From NCBI GenBank assembly GCA_964514495.1, contig CAZERL010000002.1:1-34215 (forward strand): DNA of 34,215 nucleotides. The letters are read 5' to 3'. Origin of the DNA: an uncultured archaeon. Lineage in GTDB: Archaea > Aenigmatarchaeota > Aenigmatarchaeia > CG10238-14 > SCSR01. Position numbers and translations under genes: made by a program. Positions 26,093 through 34,215 of this stretch are shown piece after piece. Within the stretch, counting starts at the first letter, position 1, and the number at the start of each line of letters is the position of its first letter. The notes under the pieces were generated by a model. It ran no database searches. It was not told the origin of the DNA and saw only the letters and a program-made list of their open reading frames with translations.

Positions 26093-26106
26093 TATTTAAA
26101 ATAAAG
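26093..26106 (+). promoter_or_regulatory. TATA-like box for the 26123 SDR gene
   Basis: TATTTAAAATAAAG is centred about 24 nt upstream of the ATG at 26123. This supports 26123 over the TTG at 26108. Confidence 0.35.
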
Positions 26107-26122
26107 TTTGGAGTTTATTGAT

Positions 26123-27121
26123 ATGCCTGAGAGAATACTTGTAACTGGAGGAGCTGGATTCGTTGGCAGTCATTTAATTGAAAAATTGGTTGAAAAACGA
26201 AAAGAAGTAGTAGCCTTTGATAATTCTTGGAGGGGGAGTCAAAAGAACTTGAATAATGTAAAGGATAAAATAGAGTTCATCGAAGGCGATATAAGAGACT
26301 ACACTTCAATTAAAAACGCAATGAAAGATTCAGATGTTGTGTTTCATTTGGCATCTTTACAAGGCACAAGGTTTTTTTACGAGTATCCTGATCTTGGTTT
26401 AGAAGTCGGGCTTATTGGAAATCTGAATGTCGCAAAGGCAATGAAAGAAAATAATGCGAAACGAGTTCTTTTCACCTCCAGCTCAGAGGTGTATTCCCAA
26501 CCAAACACATTTCCTACTCAAGAAAACCATCCTTTGATAATACCAGACCCAAAAAATCCAAGGTGGTCCTATTCCGCTACTAAAATTTCCGGAGAAGTCA
26601 TTTTCTTCAGTTATGGGAGAAAATACGGTTTTGATACGAGTGTTGTGAGAATACATAACGCGTATGGTCCACGAATGGGGTGGCAGCATGTAATTCCAGA
26701 ATTTATTAAAAGACTTGTCCTTGATGAAGAATTTACTGTTCAAGGGAACGGAAGTGAGAGCAGAAGCTTTTGTTACATTGATGATATTGTAGACGGAATA
26801 ATAAGTGCAGCATTTAAGGATGCAGGAGCGAATGAGGTTTTCAACTTGGGAAATGATAGAGAGGAGTACAAAATTATTGATTTGATAAAAATGCTAAGCC
26901 AGATTTCTGGTAAGAAAATTAAGCCTGCATTTTCTGGGGTTAGGCCTGAAGGTAGTGCCACTAGGAGATTGCCAGACATATCGAAAGCAAGAAAACTATT
27001 GGGTTATGATTCAAAAATTAGTCTGAGAGACGGGTTGAAATTAACTTACAATTGGTATAAAGAAGAAATAGAATCAATTTTAAAAAATACAGATGCAAAA
27101 GAATATCCATGGTTAAAATAA
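26123..27121 (+). CDS. Extended-SDR NAD-dependent nucleotide-sugar epimerase/dehydratase
   Basis: ILVTGGAGFVGSH, SSSEVYS, the YxxxK motif YSATK and HNAYGPRM are present. The substrate cannot be assigned by eye. Confidence 0.8.
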   Translation: MPERILVTGGAGFVGSHLIEKLVEKRKEVVAFDNSWRGSQKNLNNVKDKIEFIEGDIRDYTSIKNAMKDSDVVFHLASLQGTRFFYEYPDLGLEVGLIGNLNVAKAMKENNAKRVLFTSSSEVYSQPNTFPTQENHPLIIPDPKNPRWSYSATKISGEVIFFSYGRKYGFDTSVVRIHNAYGPRMGWQHVIPEFIKRLVLDEEFTVQGNGSESRSFCYIDDIVDGIISAAFKDAGANEVFNLGNDREEYKIIDLIKMLSQISGKKIKPAFSGVRPEGSATRRLPDISKARKLLGYDSKISLRDGLKLTYNWYKEEIESILKNTDAKEYPWLK

Positions 27122-27123
27122 GT

Positions 27124-28419
27124 CTACCAGACTCTACCAAAGCCTATGTATTTTACTTTTTTGAACTTACTCGAGTCTAGCATCCCCCAGCAATCTACCA
27201 GAAGTTTGCAATCGGATTTCTCTATTTTATCCTCTAATCCTTGAAATTCCGGATGGTTCATAGCCAAAATAACTGCATCAGAAGTATTGATAGTTTCTTC
27301 CAACCCATTTGTACCTTGAACATAGGGATCATGTACTTTTACTTGGTCGTTGAATGCGCCGATTATATCAACAATTTTTTTCGAAGGCGAATGTGTCATA
27401 TTATCACTACCAGATTTGAAAGTCAAACCAAGAACACCGATTTTAGATTTGTTTGCATCCAAATTCAGATTTGTCATCTCCTTTTTCATTTGGTTAACAA
27501 TGTGGTATGGCAAGTATTCGTTTACTTTCCACGCCATTAAAATGAAATCAGAGTGAGTCATTCCATGTGACATATAGTAACCGTCTTTGGTTAAACAAGG
27601 ACCACCGACTAGGCCAGGCTTTGGTATAGGACCTCTTTTGTACTTGAAATTGGCCGTATCTATTACCTTATGAGCATCCAGCCCATATTCGTGAGCGATC
27701 ATAGCAAATTCATTTGCTAGGGCAAAATTCACATACCTATAAACGTTTGTAAATAATTTTGCCAATTCCGCTTCTTTAGGTTTGACATGGATGACCTCTT
27801 TATTGTCGTCTAATTTTTTGAAAAGGGCCTCTACAATTTTACCAGCGCCCTCTTGTATGCAGCCTACCATTTCAGGTATTTCGTACAATTCTACAGTAGC
27901 CTTACCCTCTACGATCCTTTCTGGGCATGCGGCCAATAAAAAATGTTCGCCTTCAACAAACTTTGTTTTCTTTTCAAGCGTACTTTTTACCAATCCTTCT
28001 AATGTGCCTGGGGATGATGTAGACCTCATTATTATGAGTTTATTTCTTATGTCATGTTTCGCAATTTCATCTAAGGCTGAGGTTAGTTGTAAGTAATCGG
28101 GCTGTAACATGTTGTTGACTGGAGTTCCAACTGTTATTACAAGTATATCCGAATTTTTTATTACCATTGAAGTGTCTGTAGTTGGTATAAAATTTTTGTT
28201 TGAAACCGTTTCTTTAAGAAAATCTTCTAAGTGCACATCCTTGAATGGAGCTTTTCCAGAAAGAAGCCCCCCCACGTAATTCTTTTTAATATCAGTGCCA
28301 AGAACTTTTATACCATGATGGGCAAAAGTAACTGCGAAAGGTAGGCCAACCCTGCCCAATCCCAAAACACCCAACATAAATTTGTTGTTCTCAACTTTTG
28401 CTAAAAGTTCTTCTATCAT
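27124..28419 (-). CDS. Nucleotide-sugar dehydrogenase (UDP-ManNAc/UDP-GlcNAc dehydrogenase WecC-like)
   Basis: 431 aa with the Rossmann LGVLGLGRVGLP, the catalytic-Cys motif GLVGGPCLTKD and a C-terminal LGLTFKSGSDNMTHSP. It is a second member of the Ugd family, distinct from 7791-9095. Confidence 0.75.
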   Translation of the reverse strand: MIEELLAKVENNKFMLGVLGLGRVGLPFAVTFAHHGIKVLGTDIKKNYVGGLLSGKAPFKDVHLEDFLKETVSNKNFIPTTDTSMVIKNSDILVITVGTPVNNMLQPDYLQLTSALDEIAKHDIRNKLIIMRSTSSPGTLEGLVKSTLEKKTKFVEGEHFLLAACPERIVEGKATVELYEIPEMVGCIQEGAGKIVEALFKKLDDNKEVIHVKPKEAELAKLFTNVYRYVNFALANEFAMIAHEYGLDAHKVIDTANFKYKRGPIPKPGLVGGPCLTKDGYYMSHGMTHSDFILMAWKVNEYLPYHIVNQMKKEMTNLNLDANKSKIGVLGLTFKSGSDNMTHSPSKKIVDIIGAFNDQVKVHDPYVQGTNGLEETINTSDAVILAMNHPEFQGLEDKIEKSDCKLLVDCWGMLDSSKFKKVKYIGFGRVW

Positions 28420-28495
28420 ACGTTAATAATGTTAAATCAAAAACTTTAAATATCAAATCAAAATCTAAAAATTAGTTTCACAAGGTTTATATAAA

Positions 28496-29350
28496 CTATC
28501 TTATGAGAGGCGACCCCAATCTCCGTCTTCTCCTCTCAATCAGTATATTATCTATATCCTTGAACGGCGCGATATAGGACTTTAGAATGATGTTTGTAGT
28601 TCCCTCCTGGAAACTTTTCAGCAATGTCATTAATAATCCAGGCACCCTTTTCCAAAAAGTAATTGGAGAATCGTTGTACAGAATTGCCTTCATCCTTCCG
28701 TAGTTCAAAAGAAATGGTCTATTTGGATTTCTTGGAGCCGAATCAGCACCTCCTATATGCCCTATCATGCTTCTTCTGGTCTCTATAATACTGTAACCAG
28801 CGTTTCTTATCCTGTACTGCCAGTCCACCTCCTCCCCGCCAATCGGGTTGAAGTTCTTTTCGTCATAATACCCGACCTTATCCAACATTTCCCTCCTGAA
28901 AACCATCCCCTGGCTGCATACAGAATCCCTGTATCTGAATTTATCCTCTGGTGTGATTTTACTCACCAAGTTTGGTTCGCACAAAGTCATTCCCACACAA
29001 GCCACATCACCATCTGACTCTAGATGGTCTATGCACGGCTCCAGCCAATTTTCGGTAACAACAGTATCATTTCCAAGTGTGACTATGTAACGACCTCCAG
29101 CAATCCTGAAACCCTTGTTTGTAGAAGCAGGAACAGCCAAATTGGTCTCATTTTGTATCAATTTAACCCATTTGAATTCCTTTTTAAGCATCCCCACACT
29201 GCCGTCTTTACTTACATTGTCAACTACAATAACTTCGTAAAGTGGTTTTGTGTATTTTTTTATTGATTCCAAACAATTTTTCAAATGGGGTTTCCCGTCC
29301 CAATTCAACACTACTATCGAAACTTCCGGCTTCATTGGTTCAACTACCAT
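28496..29350 (-). CDS. GT2 family glycosyltransferase (soluble, rhamnosyl/galactosyl-transferase-like)
   Basis: VSIVVLNWDGKPHLKNCLESI, EVIVVDNVSKDGS and a GNDTVV (DxD-equivalent) region are present. It is 284 aa. Confidence 0.75.
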   Translation of the reverse strand: MVVEPMKPEVSIVVLNWDGKPHLKNCLESIKKYTKPLYEVIVVDNVSKDGSVGMLKKEFKWVKLIQNETNLAVPASTNKGFRIAGGRYIVTLGNDTVVTENWLEPCIDHLESDGDVACVGMTLCEPNLVSKITPEDKFRYRDSVCSQGMVFRREMLDKVGYYDEKNFNPIGGEEVDWQYRIRNAGYSIIETRRSMIGHIGGADSAPRNPNRPFLLNYGRMKAILYNDSPITFWKRVPGLLMTLLKSFQEGTTNIILKSYIAPFKDIDNILIERRRRRLGSPLIR

Positions 29351-29393
29351 TTAATCGTCCTATTATCTATTTTATGTAATCTTTAAAACTATT

Positions 29394-29410
29394 ACTAATG
29401 AAACATTAGT
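29394..29410. promoter_or_regulatory. 7-3-7 palindrome between divergent GT2 genes
   Basis: ACTAATG-AAA-CATTAGT ends 10 nt upstream of the ATG at 29420. It is downstream of an A/T-rich CTTTAAAACT element. Confidence 0.25.
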
Positions 29411-29419
29411 TCATTTCAG

Positions 29420-30205
29420 ATGATGGGTTTTATGACACTATCCATTGTAATACCATTCCATAACGAAGAAAAGAATGTGGGGTCTACCATTAAAAAACTT
29501 TATAGTCTCTTCAAGTCTCACAAACTTAAAGGCGAGATAATAGCTGTTGACGATAGGAGCGCAGATAGCACAGGCAGGATTCTAGATTCTCTTTCAAAGA
29601 AGTATGGGATATTAAAAGTATTGCACAGGAAAGGAGATCCACACGATGTGGAAGTTGGTTATGCGATTCGAGATGGGATAAATGCCGCCAAATATGACAT
29701 AGTGACGATAATGATGGGCGATCTTTCGGATAACCCTAACGACATTTTGAAGATGATAAAAAAAATTAATGAAGGCTACGACATAGTGTGCGGATCCAGG
29801 TTTATAAAAGGATCTAGACTTGTAGATTACCCGTTGATGAAATATCTGATGGTAAGAATTTATAATTTTATATTCCCAGTGATATTCGGGCTGAAAGTAA
29901 AAGATTTTTCCAACGCGTTCAAATCTTACAGGCGGGATGTCTTCAAAAAGGTTAAGTTGGAGTCTAAGGAATTCGAAATTACGGCAGAAATGCTGCTCAA
30001 GGCGCACATATACGGCTACAAAATATCAGAAGTGCCAGTTATTTGGGTCAACAGGAAAAGCGGCGAGTCTAAGTTGGGAACTTTCAATTTATCATTTCAG
30101 TTTTTATTTCTAAAACTTCCAAGAATAGGCTTTAGGTACGGGATGGTTGCACTGAAACTCTATTTCATTTACTTAATAAGTCGACTAGCCCAAATTGTCG
30201 GTTGA
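29420..30205 (+). CDS. GT2 polyprenyl-phosphate sugar synthase (DPM1/ArnC/GtrB-like) with a C-terminal TM anchor
   Basis: LSIVIPFHNEEKNV, IIAVDDRSADST, MMGDLSDNP, GSRFIKGSR and EVPVIWVNRKSGESKL are present. The C-terminal hydrophobic GMVALKLYFIYLISRLAQIV is a likely anchor. Alternative starts are 29423 and 29432. Confidence 0.8.
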   Translation: MMGFMTLSIVIPFHNEEKNVGSTIKKLYSLFKSHKLKGEIIAVDDRSADSTGRILDSLSKKYGILKVLHRKGDPHDVEVGYAIRDGINAAKYDIVTIMMGDLSDNPNDILKMIKKINEGYDIVCGSRFIKGSRLVDYPLMKYLMVRIYNFIFPVIFGLKVKDFSNAFKSYRRDVFKKVKLESKEFEITAEMLLKAHIYGYKISEVPVIWVNRKSGESKLGTFNLSFQFLFLKLPRIGFRYGMVALKLYFIYLISRLAQIVG

Positions 30206-30213
30206 CGAACATC

Positions 30214-31371
30214 ATGAAATCTGTATTGATTTTAGCAACGCAGTATAAGCCTAACATAGGTGGCATACAGACATACTTAGATGATTTTACTAAATTTCTA
30301 GTTGATAACGACTATCATGTCAAGGTTGTAACTTTTAAGCCAAAATATATCAGCAGACTTTTCAAAACTAAGGTTGCAACTTATAGATGTCATGATAATC
30401 CAAGAGTGGATATAACCAGAATTGATTATTTAGACTTCGGCGTAACTTCTTTATTGCCTGTAAGAACTGTTATAGAATTTTTCTTGATAGTCAATCTACT
30501 GCTATACACACTTTGGTTCATGTTATTCAATAGTAAAAAGTTTCAAATTATCCATACAAATGATTATGTAACTGCTGCAGTTGCCTTGATTTTATGCAAG
30601 TTGTTCAAAAAGAAGTGGGCAACATCCCATCACAGCATCTTCCCCTATTTTAGGAAAAGTTTAAGGCGCATAATAGGTGAAACGATTTTGAAACAAGCCG
30701 ACATTATATTCGCAAATTCAAATACCGTAAAGAGGCAGTTGGAGTTAGGATTAGGAAAGAACAGACCATCAATTCATGTAGCCCATTACTGGGTTGATTT
30801 CAATTTTTTCAGGCCAAAAGACAAGCAAATTGCTAGAAAAAGACTAGGTCTTCCTGATGGTGTCTACATAGTGATGTTTCTTGGAAGGCTTGAGGTAGCG
30901 AAAGGAGTAGAAGAGTTCATCAAAGCGTCTAAAATGGCGGATGAGAAAACCTATTTTGTTATTACTGGTTCTGGTGAAGCCTATGATTTAGTTAAGAAAA
31001 ATGTTGGTGGGAGATTGGTTTACCTCGGAGCTAAAGAAGGTGAGGATTTGGTAGATTGTTATAATGCAGCAGATGTATGCTGTTTTCCCACAGTGGCAAT
31101 AGAAGCATTCGGTAGAGTGACCATTGAGGCTTTAGCATGCGGAACCCCTGTCATAGTTTCAACCACAGCAACAAAAGAATTGATAAATAATTCAGTCGGC
31201 ATTAGAACACAACCGAAAGCAGAGCACATCTACAACTCTGTTGAAACTAGCAGAATTAAATTCCATAAGCCTGCTATAAGGAAAAAATGCAGAGAGTTTG
31301 CTATGAAGAACTATAACGATGATAATGCTCAGGTCATCATCAGAGAATATCAAAAACTTCTTAGAAGGTGA
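30214..31371 (+). CDS. GT4 (GT-B fold) glycosyltransferase
   Basis: LGRLEVAKGVEEFI and the E-x7-E motif FPTVAIEAFGRVTIEALACGTPVIVS are present. I prefer ATG 30214 to the TTG at 30202. Confidence 0.85.
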   Translation: MKSVLILATQYKPNIGGIQTYLDDFTKFLVDNDYHVKVVTFKPKYISRLFKTKVATYRCHDNPRVDITRIDYLDFGVTSLLPVRTVIEFFLIVNLLLYTLWFMLFNSKKFQIIHTNDYVTAAVALILCKLFKKKWATSHHSIFPYFRKSLRRIIGETILKQADIIFANSNTVKRQLELGLGKNRPSIHVAHYWVDFNFFRPKDKQIARKRLGLPDGVYIVMFLGRLEVAKGVEEFIKASKMADEKTYFVITGSGEAYDLVKKNVGGRLVYLGAKEGEDLVDCYNAADVCCFPTVAIEAFGRVTIEALACGTPVIVSTTATKELINNSVGIRTQPKAEHIYNSVETSRIKFHKPAIRKKCREFAMKNYNDDNAQVIIREYQKLLRR

Positions 31372-31375
31372 GTGG

Positions 31376-31385
31376 GTTTATATCC
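31376..31385 (+). promoter_or_regulatory. TATA-like box for the PIG-L gene
   Basis: GTTTATATCC is centred about 27 nt upstream of the ATG at 31408, just after the GT4 stop codon. Confidence 0.35.
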
Positions 31386-31407
31386 TTAACCTACTAAGGA
31401 AAATCAT

Positions 31408-32103
31408 ATGAATTTCAAGGACAAAAAATTGCTGATCATAGCGCCTCATCCAGACGACGAGATACTGGGCTGCGGAGGATTAATCGGCAGGGTTAAGAAA
31501 GACGGAGGTAAATTATACATTCTTATTGCAACTGCCGGTAACACAAGACTTTATGGCGCAAACAGTGATTTGGATACAAGGATAAAGGAAACCGACGAAG
31601 TTATGAAATTCATCAAAGCTGATGATTACGAAATTTGTTTTGCAGATGATGAACACCATTTGAAGCTCGACATGGTTCCCCAAAAAGATTTGATAGACTT
31701 GATAGAGAACGGAAGTAAGGTTTCTTTGAACAAAATAAAACCAGACATAGTGGCATTACCATTTTTCGGTTCCTCAAATCAGGATCACAGATCCATTGCC
31801 CAAGCCGCGTTGACTGCATGTAGACCAAGGCCGCACGATCTAAAACCATTTCAAAGCTTAGCGCTTACTTACGAAGACCCGCTGCAGAATCATTTGCTAG
31901 AGCACTTCAGACCCAATTTTTATGTCGACATTAAAGATACTTTGGATTTCAAATGCGAGGCATTAAGTTTATACAAATCCCAAATACGAGGAGCTTTACA
32001 TCAATGCAGTCCTGAGACGATAAAAATAAAAGCGAACTTTAGAGGCAGGGAAGTTGCAATAGAGGCTGCAGAAGCTTTCATGCTGTACAGATTTTTAATA
32101 TGA
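31408..32103 (+). CDS. PIG-L / LmbE family N-acetylglucosaminyl deacetylase
   Basis: LLIIAPHPDDEILGCGG is the family zinc-binding signature (AHPDDE). A downstream NQDHRS-type His motif is also present. It is 231 aa. Confidence 0.85.
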   Translation: MNFKDKKLLIIAPHPDDEILGCGGLIGRVKKDGGKLYILIATAGNTRLYGANSDLDTRIKETDEVMKFIKADDYEICFADDEHHLKLDMVPQKDLIDLIENGSKVSLNKIKPDIVALPFFGSSNQDHRSIAQAALTACRPRPHDLKPFQSLALTYEDPLQNHLLEHFRPNFYVDIKDTLDFKCEALSLYKSQIRGALHQCSPETIKIKANFRGREVAIEAAEAFMLYRFLI

Positions 32104-32122
32104 ATTGTTGTTTGGTGTTTAA

Positions 32123-33061
32123 ATGAAAATTTTCGTAACGGGTGGCGGGGGATTTATAGGCAGTAATTTCATCTCATCACTGCAAGATGAGCATGAGATA
32201 ATATGTTTTGGTCACAGCACTTACTATCATGAGATACAGAAATTTTTCAGCAAAAATGTCAGACTTGTAGTTGGGGATATTATTGATAAGAAATTAGTCG
32301 GTAGTGAGATGAAGGATGCAGATGTTGTCGTACATTTTGCTGGTCCAGCTGGTAACAATGTTTGCATGAAAGACCCTGCAAGAGCAACGTTATCGCATGC
32401 CGTAGGCACGCATGTTGCCCTGCGAGAAGCAATTAAAAATGGAGTTGGAAAGTTCCTTTTTGCATCTACACAATCAGTTTATACAACCTATGAAAAAAGG
32501 ACAATACCATTCACCGAAGATATGACGTTGGAACCAGACGATCTATATGGCGCTCTGAAGTCTATGGCTGAATATGAGATAAGAGATTCCGGAATTGACT
32601 ACACTATTTTAAGATTTGCAAATGTATACGGTTATGGCAATGGTTTATTTTTGGCAAAAATGGGAGGTGCTATAGGCAATTTTATCAAAGCTGCAATTTC
32701 TGGTTCTGAAATTACAATATACGGCACAGGCGAACAAGGCATAGATTATCTTCATATAACCGATGTCTGCAATGCAATAAAAACTGTGATAATAAAACCG
32801 ATGAAGAATGGAATTTTCAATGTTGGAAGCGGCAAATTGATAACTATAGAACAGTTAGCTAAAGAAATATCTGCCTTCTCAAAAGAGAAATTTGGTAGCG
32901 ATGTGAAAATTAAACAATTGCCTGCCCCAGAAGGAAGCATTTGGCCTGACAGATTAATGTCGATTAAAAAAATAAATGAAGAAGTTGGATGGGAACCAAG
33001 AATATCTATAAATGATGGCATTTCCGAAATCCTTGAAAAATCATCGGGGGTGACCAGATGA
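32123..33061 (+). CDS. Extended-SDR NAD-dependent epimerase/dehydratase
   Basis: IFVTGGGGFIGSN, ASTQSVY, the YxxxK motif YGALK and FANVYG are present. Its stop overlaps the downstream start by 4 nt. Confidence 0.8.
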   Translation: MKIFVTGGGGFIGSNFISSLQDEHEIICFGHSTYYHEIQKFFSKNVRLVVGDIIDKKLVGSEMKDADVVVHFAGPAGNNVCMKDPARATLSHAVGTHVALREAIKNGVGKFLFASTQSVYTTYEKRTIPFTEDMTLEPDDLYGALKSMAEYEIRDSGIDYTILRFANVYGYGNGLFLAKMGGAIGNFIKAAISGSEITIYGTGEQGIDYLHITDVCNAIKTVIIKPMKNGIFNVGSGKLITIEQLAKEISAFSKEKFGSDVKIKQLPAPEGSIWPDRLMSIKKINEEVGWEPRISINDGISEILEKSSGVTR

Positions 33062-34167
33062 AAGTACCAGCAGCTAAGCCATTCTTTTCAGATGGAGATA
33101 TTAAGAAAATTCTTTCAGATGTGGAGTTCAGTCTGAGAAACGGCACCCTAACATTAGGCCCTAGTGTAAAGAAATTCGAAGAACTTTTTGCCGAATATAC
33201 TGGCGTAAAGCATGCCATAGCAGTCAATTCTGGTACCGCAGCGCTTGAAATAGCACTCAGATATTTTGATATTGGGAACAAGGAAGTTATAGTTCCTACC
33301 AACAGTTTTGTAGCATCTGCCAACACAGTTTATTTTGCAGGTGGAAAGCCAGTACTCGCAGATATAATGGAAGACACTTTGTGCTTGGATCCAGACAGTT
33401 TGATGGAGAAAATAACCGATAAGACAAAAGGAGTTATGGTAGTTCATCTAGCAGGACTAATACCTCCACAGATGAAGGAAATTATGAAAATATGCGAAGA
33501 CAATGGTTTTTTCCTGATAGAGGATGCAGCTCAGGCCCACGGCGCCTCTACAGATAATAAAAAAGCAGGAAGTCTTGCCGATGGTGGCTGCTTTTCGTTC
33601 TTCCCGACAAAACCAATGACAACTGGGGAGGGCGGGATGATAACTACTGATGACGGCGAATTGGATAAATTTGCTAGAAGCTTGAGGCACCATGGAATAG
33701 AAGGCAGGGATAACTACCCGAGAATTGGGTACAATTGGAGAATGAGCGACATCAATGCAATAATAGGCATACATCAACTCGCACGATTGGACTCTTTTAT
33801 AAAAGAACGAAATTCAGTTGCTAAAAAATATCAGGAAAAATTATCCAAGATGAAAAATGTTACTACATTCGAAGTGCCCCCAAACATAGTTCACAGTTAT
33901 TACAAGTTTCCTGTAATTCTGCCTTTTGAGACAGCCGAACTTCAAAAAACTTTGAAGGAAAAATACGAAATAGAAACAAGCTTTTTATATTACCCGCCTA
34001 TCCATCTGCAACCGCTATACCAAAACCAATTTGGCTATAAATCAGGAATGCTGCCTGTGGCTGAGGATGTCTTGAAGCGGATGATATGCCTCCCTATGTT
34101 TGTAGGTATCACTGATGAGCAAATTAATTATGTAGCGGAATCTCTAGCTAAGGAAATGCCGGTGTAG
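33058..34167 (+). CDS. DegT/DnrJ/EryC1/StrS-family PLP-dependent sugar aminotransferase
   Basis: AVNSGTAALEIAL, LIEDAAQAHGA and SFFPTKPMTTGEGGMITT (PLP-lysine block) are present. It is 369 aa. Confidence 0.9.
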   Translation: MKVPAAKPFFSDGDIKKILSDVEFSLRNGTLTLGPSVKKFEELFAEYTGVKHAIAVNSGTAALEIALRYFDIGNKEVIVPTNSFVASANTVYFAGGKPVLADIMEDTLCLDPDSLMEKITDKTKGVMVVHLAGLIPPQMKEIMKICEDNGFFLIEDAAQAHGASTDNKKAGSLADGGCFSFFPTKPMTTGEGGMITTDDGELDKFARSLRHHGIEGRDNYPRIGYNWRMSDINAIIGIHQLARLDSFIKERNSVAKKYQEKLSKMKNVTTFEVPPNIVHSYYKFPVILPFETAELQKTLKEKYEIETSFLYYPPIHLQPLYQNQFGYKSGMLPVAEDVLKRMICLPMFVGITDEQINYVAESLAKEMPV

Positions 34168-34215
34168 CTCAATTGGCAGAGCACTTGCCTTGTACGCAAG
34201 CGGTTGCTTGTTCAA
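34158..34215 (+). tRNA. tRNA-Thr (anticodon UGU), truncated by the window edge
   Basis: It folds by hand as follows. The acceptor is GCCGGTG, followed by TA. The D-arm is GCTC-AATTGGCA-GAGC. The anticodon stem CTTGC/GCAAG carries the loop CT-TGT-AC. The variable region is CGGTT and the T-stem GCTTG is followed by TTCAA. The first 10 nt overlap the end of the aminotransferase ORF. Confidence 0.85.

Noticed and set aside
1-34215. Search for CRISPR arrays, transposases, integrases, toxin-antitoxin pairs or defence-system genes
   Set aside because: No direct-repeat array was seen. No ORF has recombinase, nuclease, ATPase or defence-type motifs. Apart from the polymerase pair and the export genes secD/secF, all sizeable ORFs are explained by glycan biosynthesis functions.

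Overview
This is an AT-rich, tightly packed archaeal chromosomal segment. The archaeal assignment rests on a Pfu-type family-B DNA polymerase, a DP1-like gene, TATA-like boxes about 24-29 nt upstream of several ATGs (leaderless-style), and a tRNA with a TTCAA T-loop. The left end (1-6.4 kb) carries housekeeping genes: a DP1/B-subunit-like gene directly upstream of polB, then convergent secF-secD. From about 6.5 kb to the right edge there is a roughly 27-kb cell-surface glycan biosynthesis island ending at a tRNA-Thr(UGU) gene. The island holds a UDP-Glc to UDP-GlcA to UDP-Xyl operon, six extended-SDR epimerase/reductase genes and two nucleotide-sugar dehydrogenases. It also has a DegT aminotransferase, a sugar C-methyltransferase, a Nudix-like protein, a PIG-L/LmbE deacetylase, a GT4, one soluble-type GT2, three polyprenyl-phosphate-sugar-synthase-like GT2s and four large GT-C-like membrane proteins (two are tandem paralogues). 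I saw no CRISPR array, transposase, integrase or rRNA. The most interesting candidate is the operonic pair at 77-3949: a DP1/B-subunit homologue whose phosphoesterase metal-ligand motifs are all replaced, followed 6 nt later by an apparently active PolB. That PolB carries an extra C-terminal CxxC-x12-CxxC module beyond its PIP-like box, which resembles the eukaryotic catalytic-subunit plus B-subunit architecture. Other leads are an RHH-nucleotidyltransferase fusion next to a palindromic operator, several lipid-linked-sugar/GT-C modules, a GT4 plus LmbE pair, a gene-conversion-like tract between the tandem paralogues, a vestigial SDR gene start at a compositional boundary, and a tRNA overlapping a CDS end. 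All functional calls come from motif recognition by eye; no searches were run.
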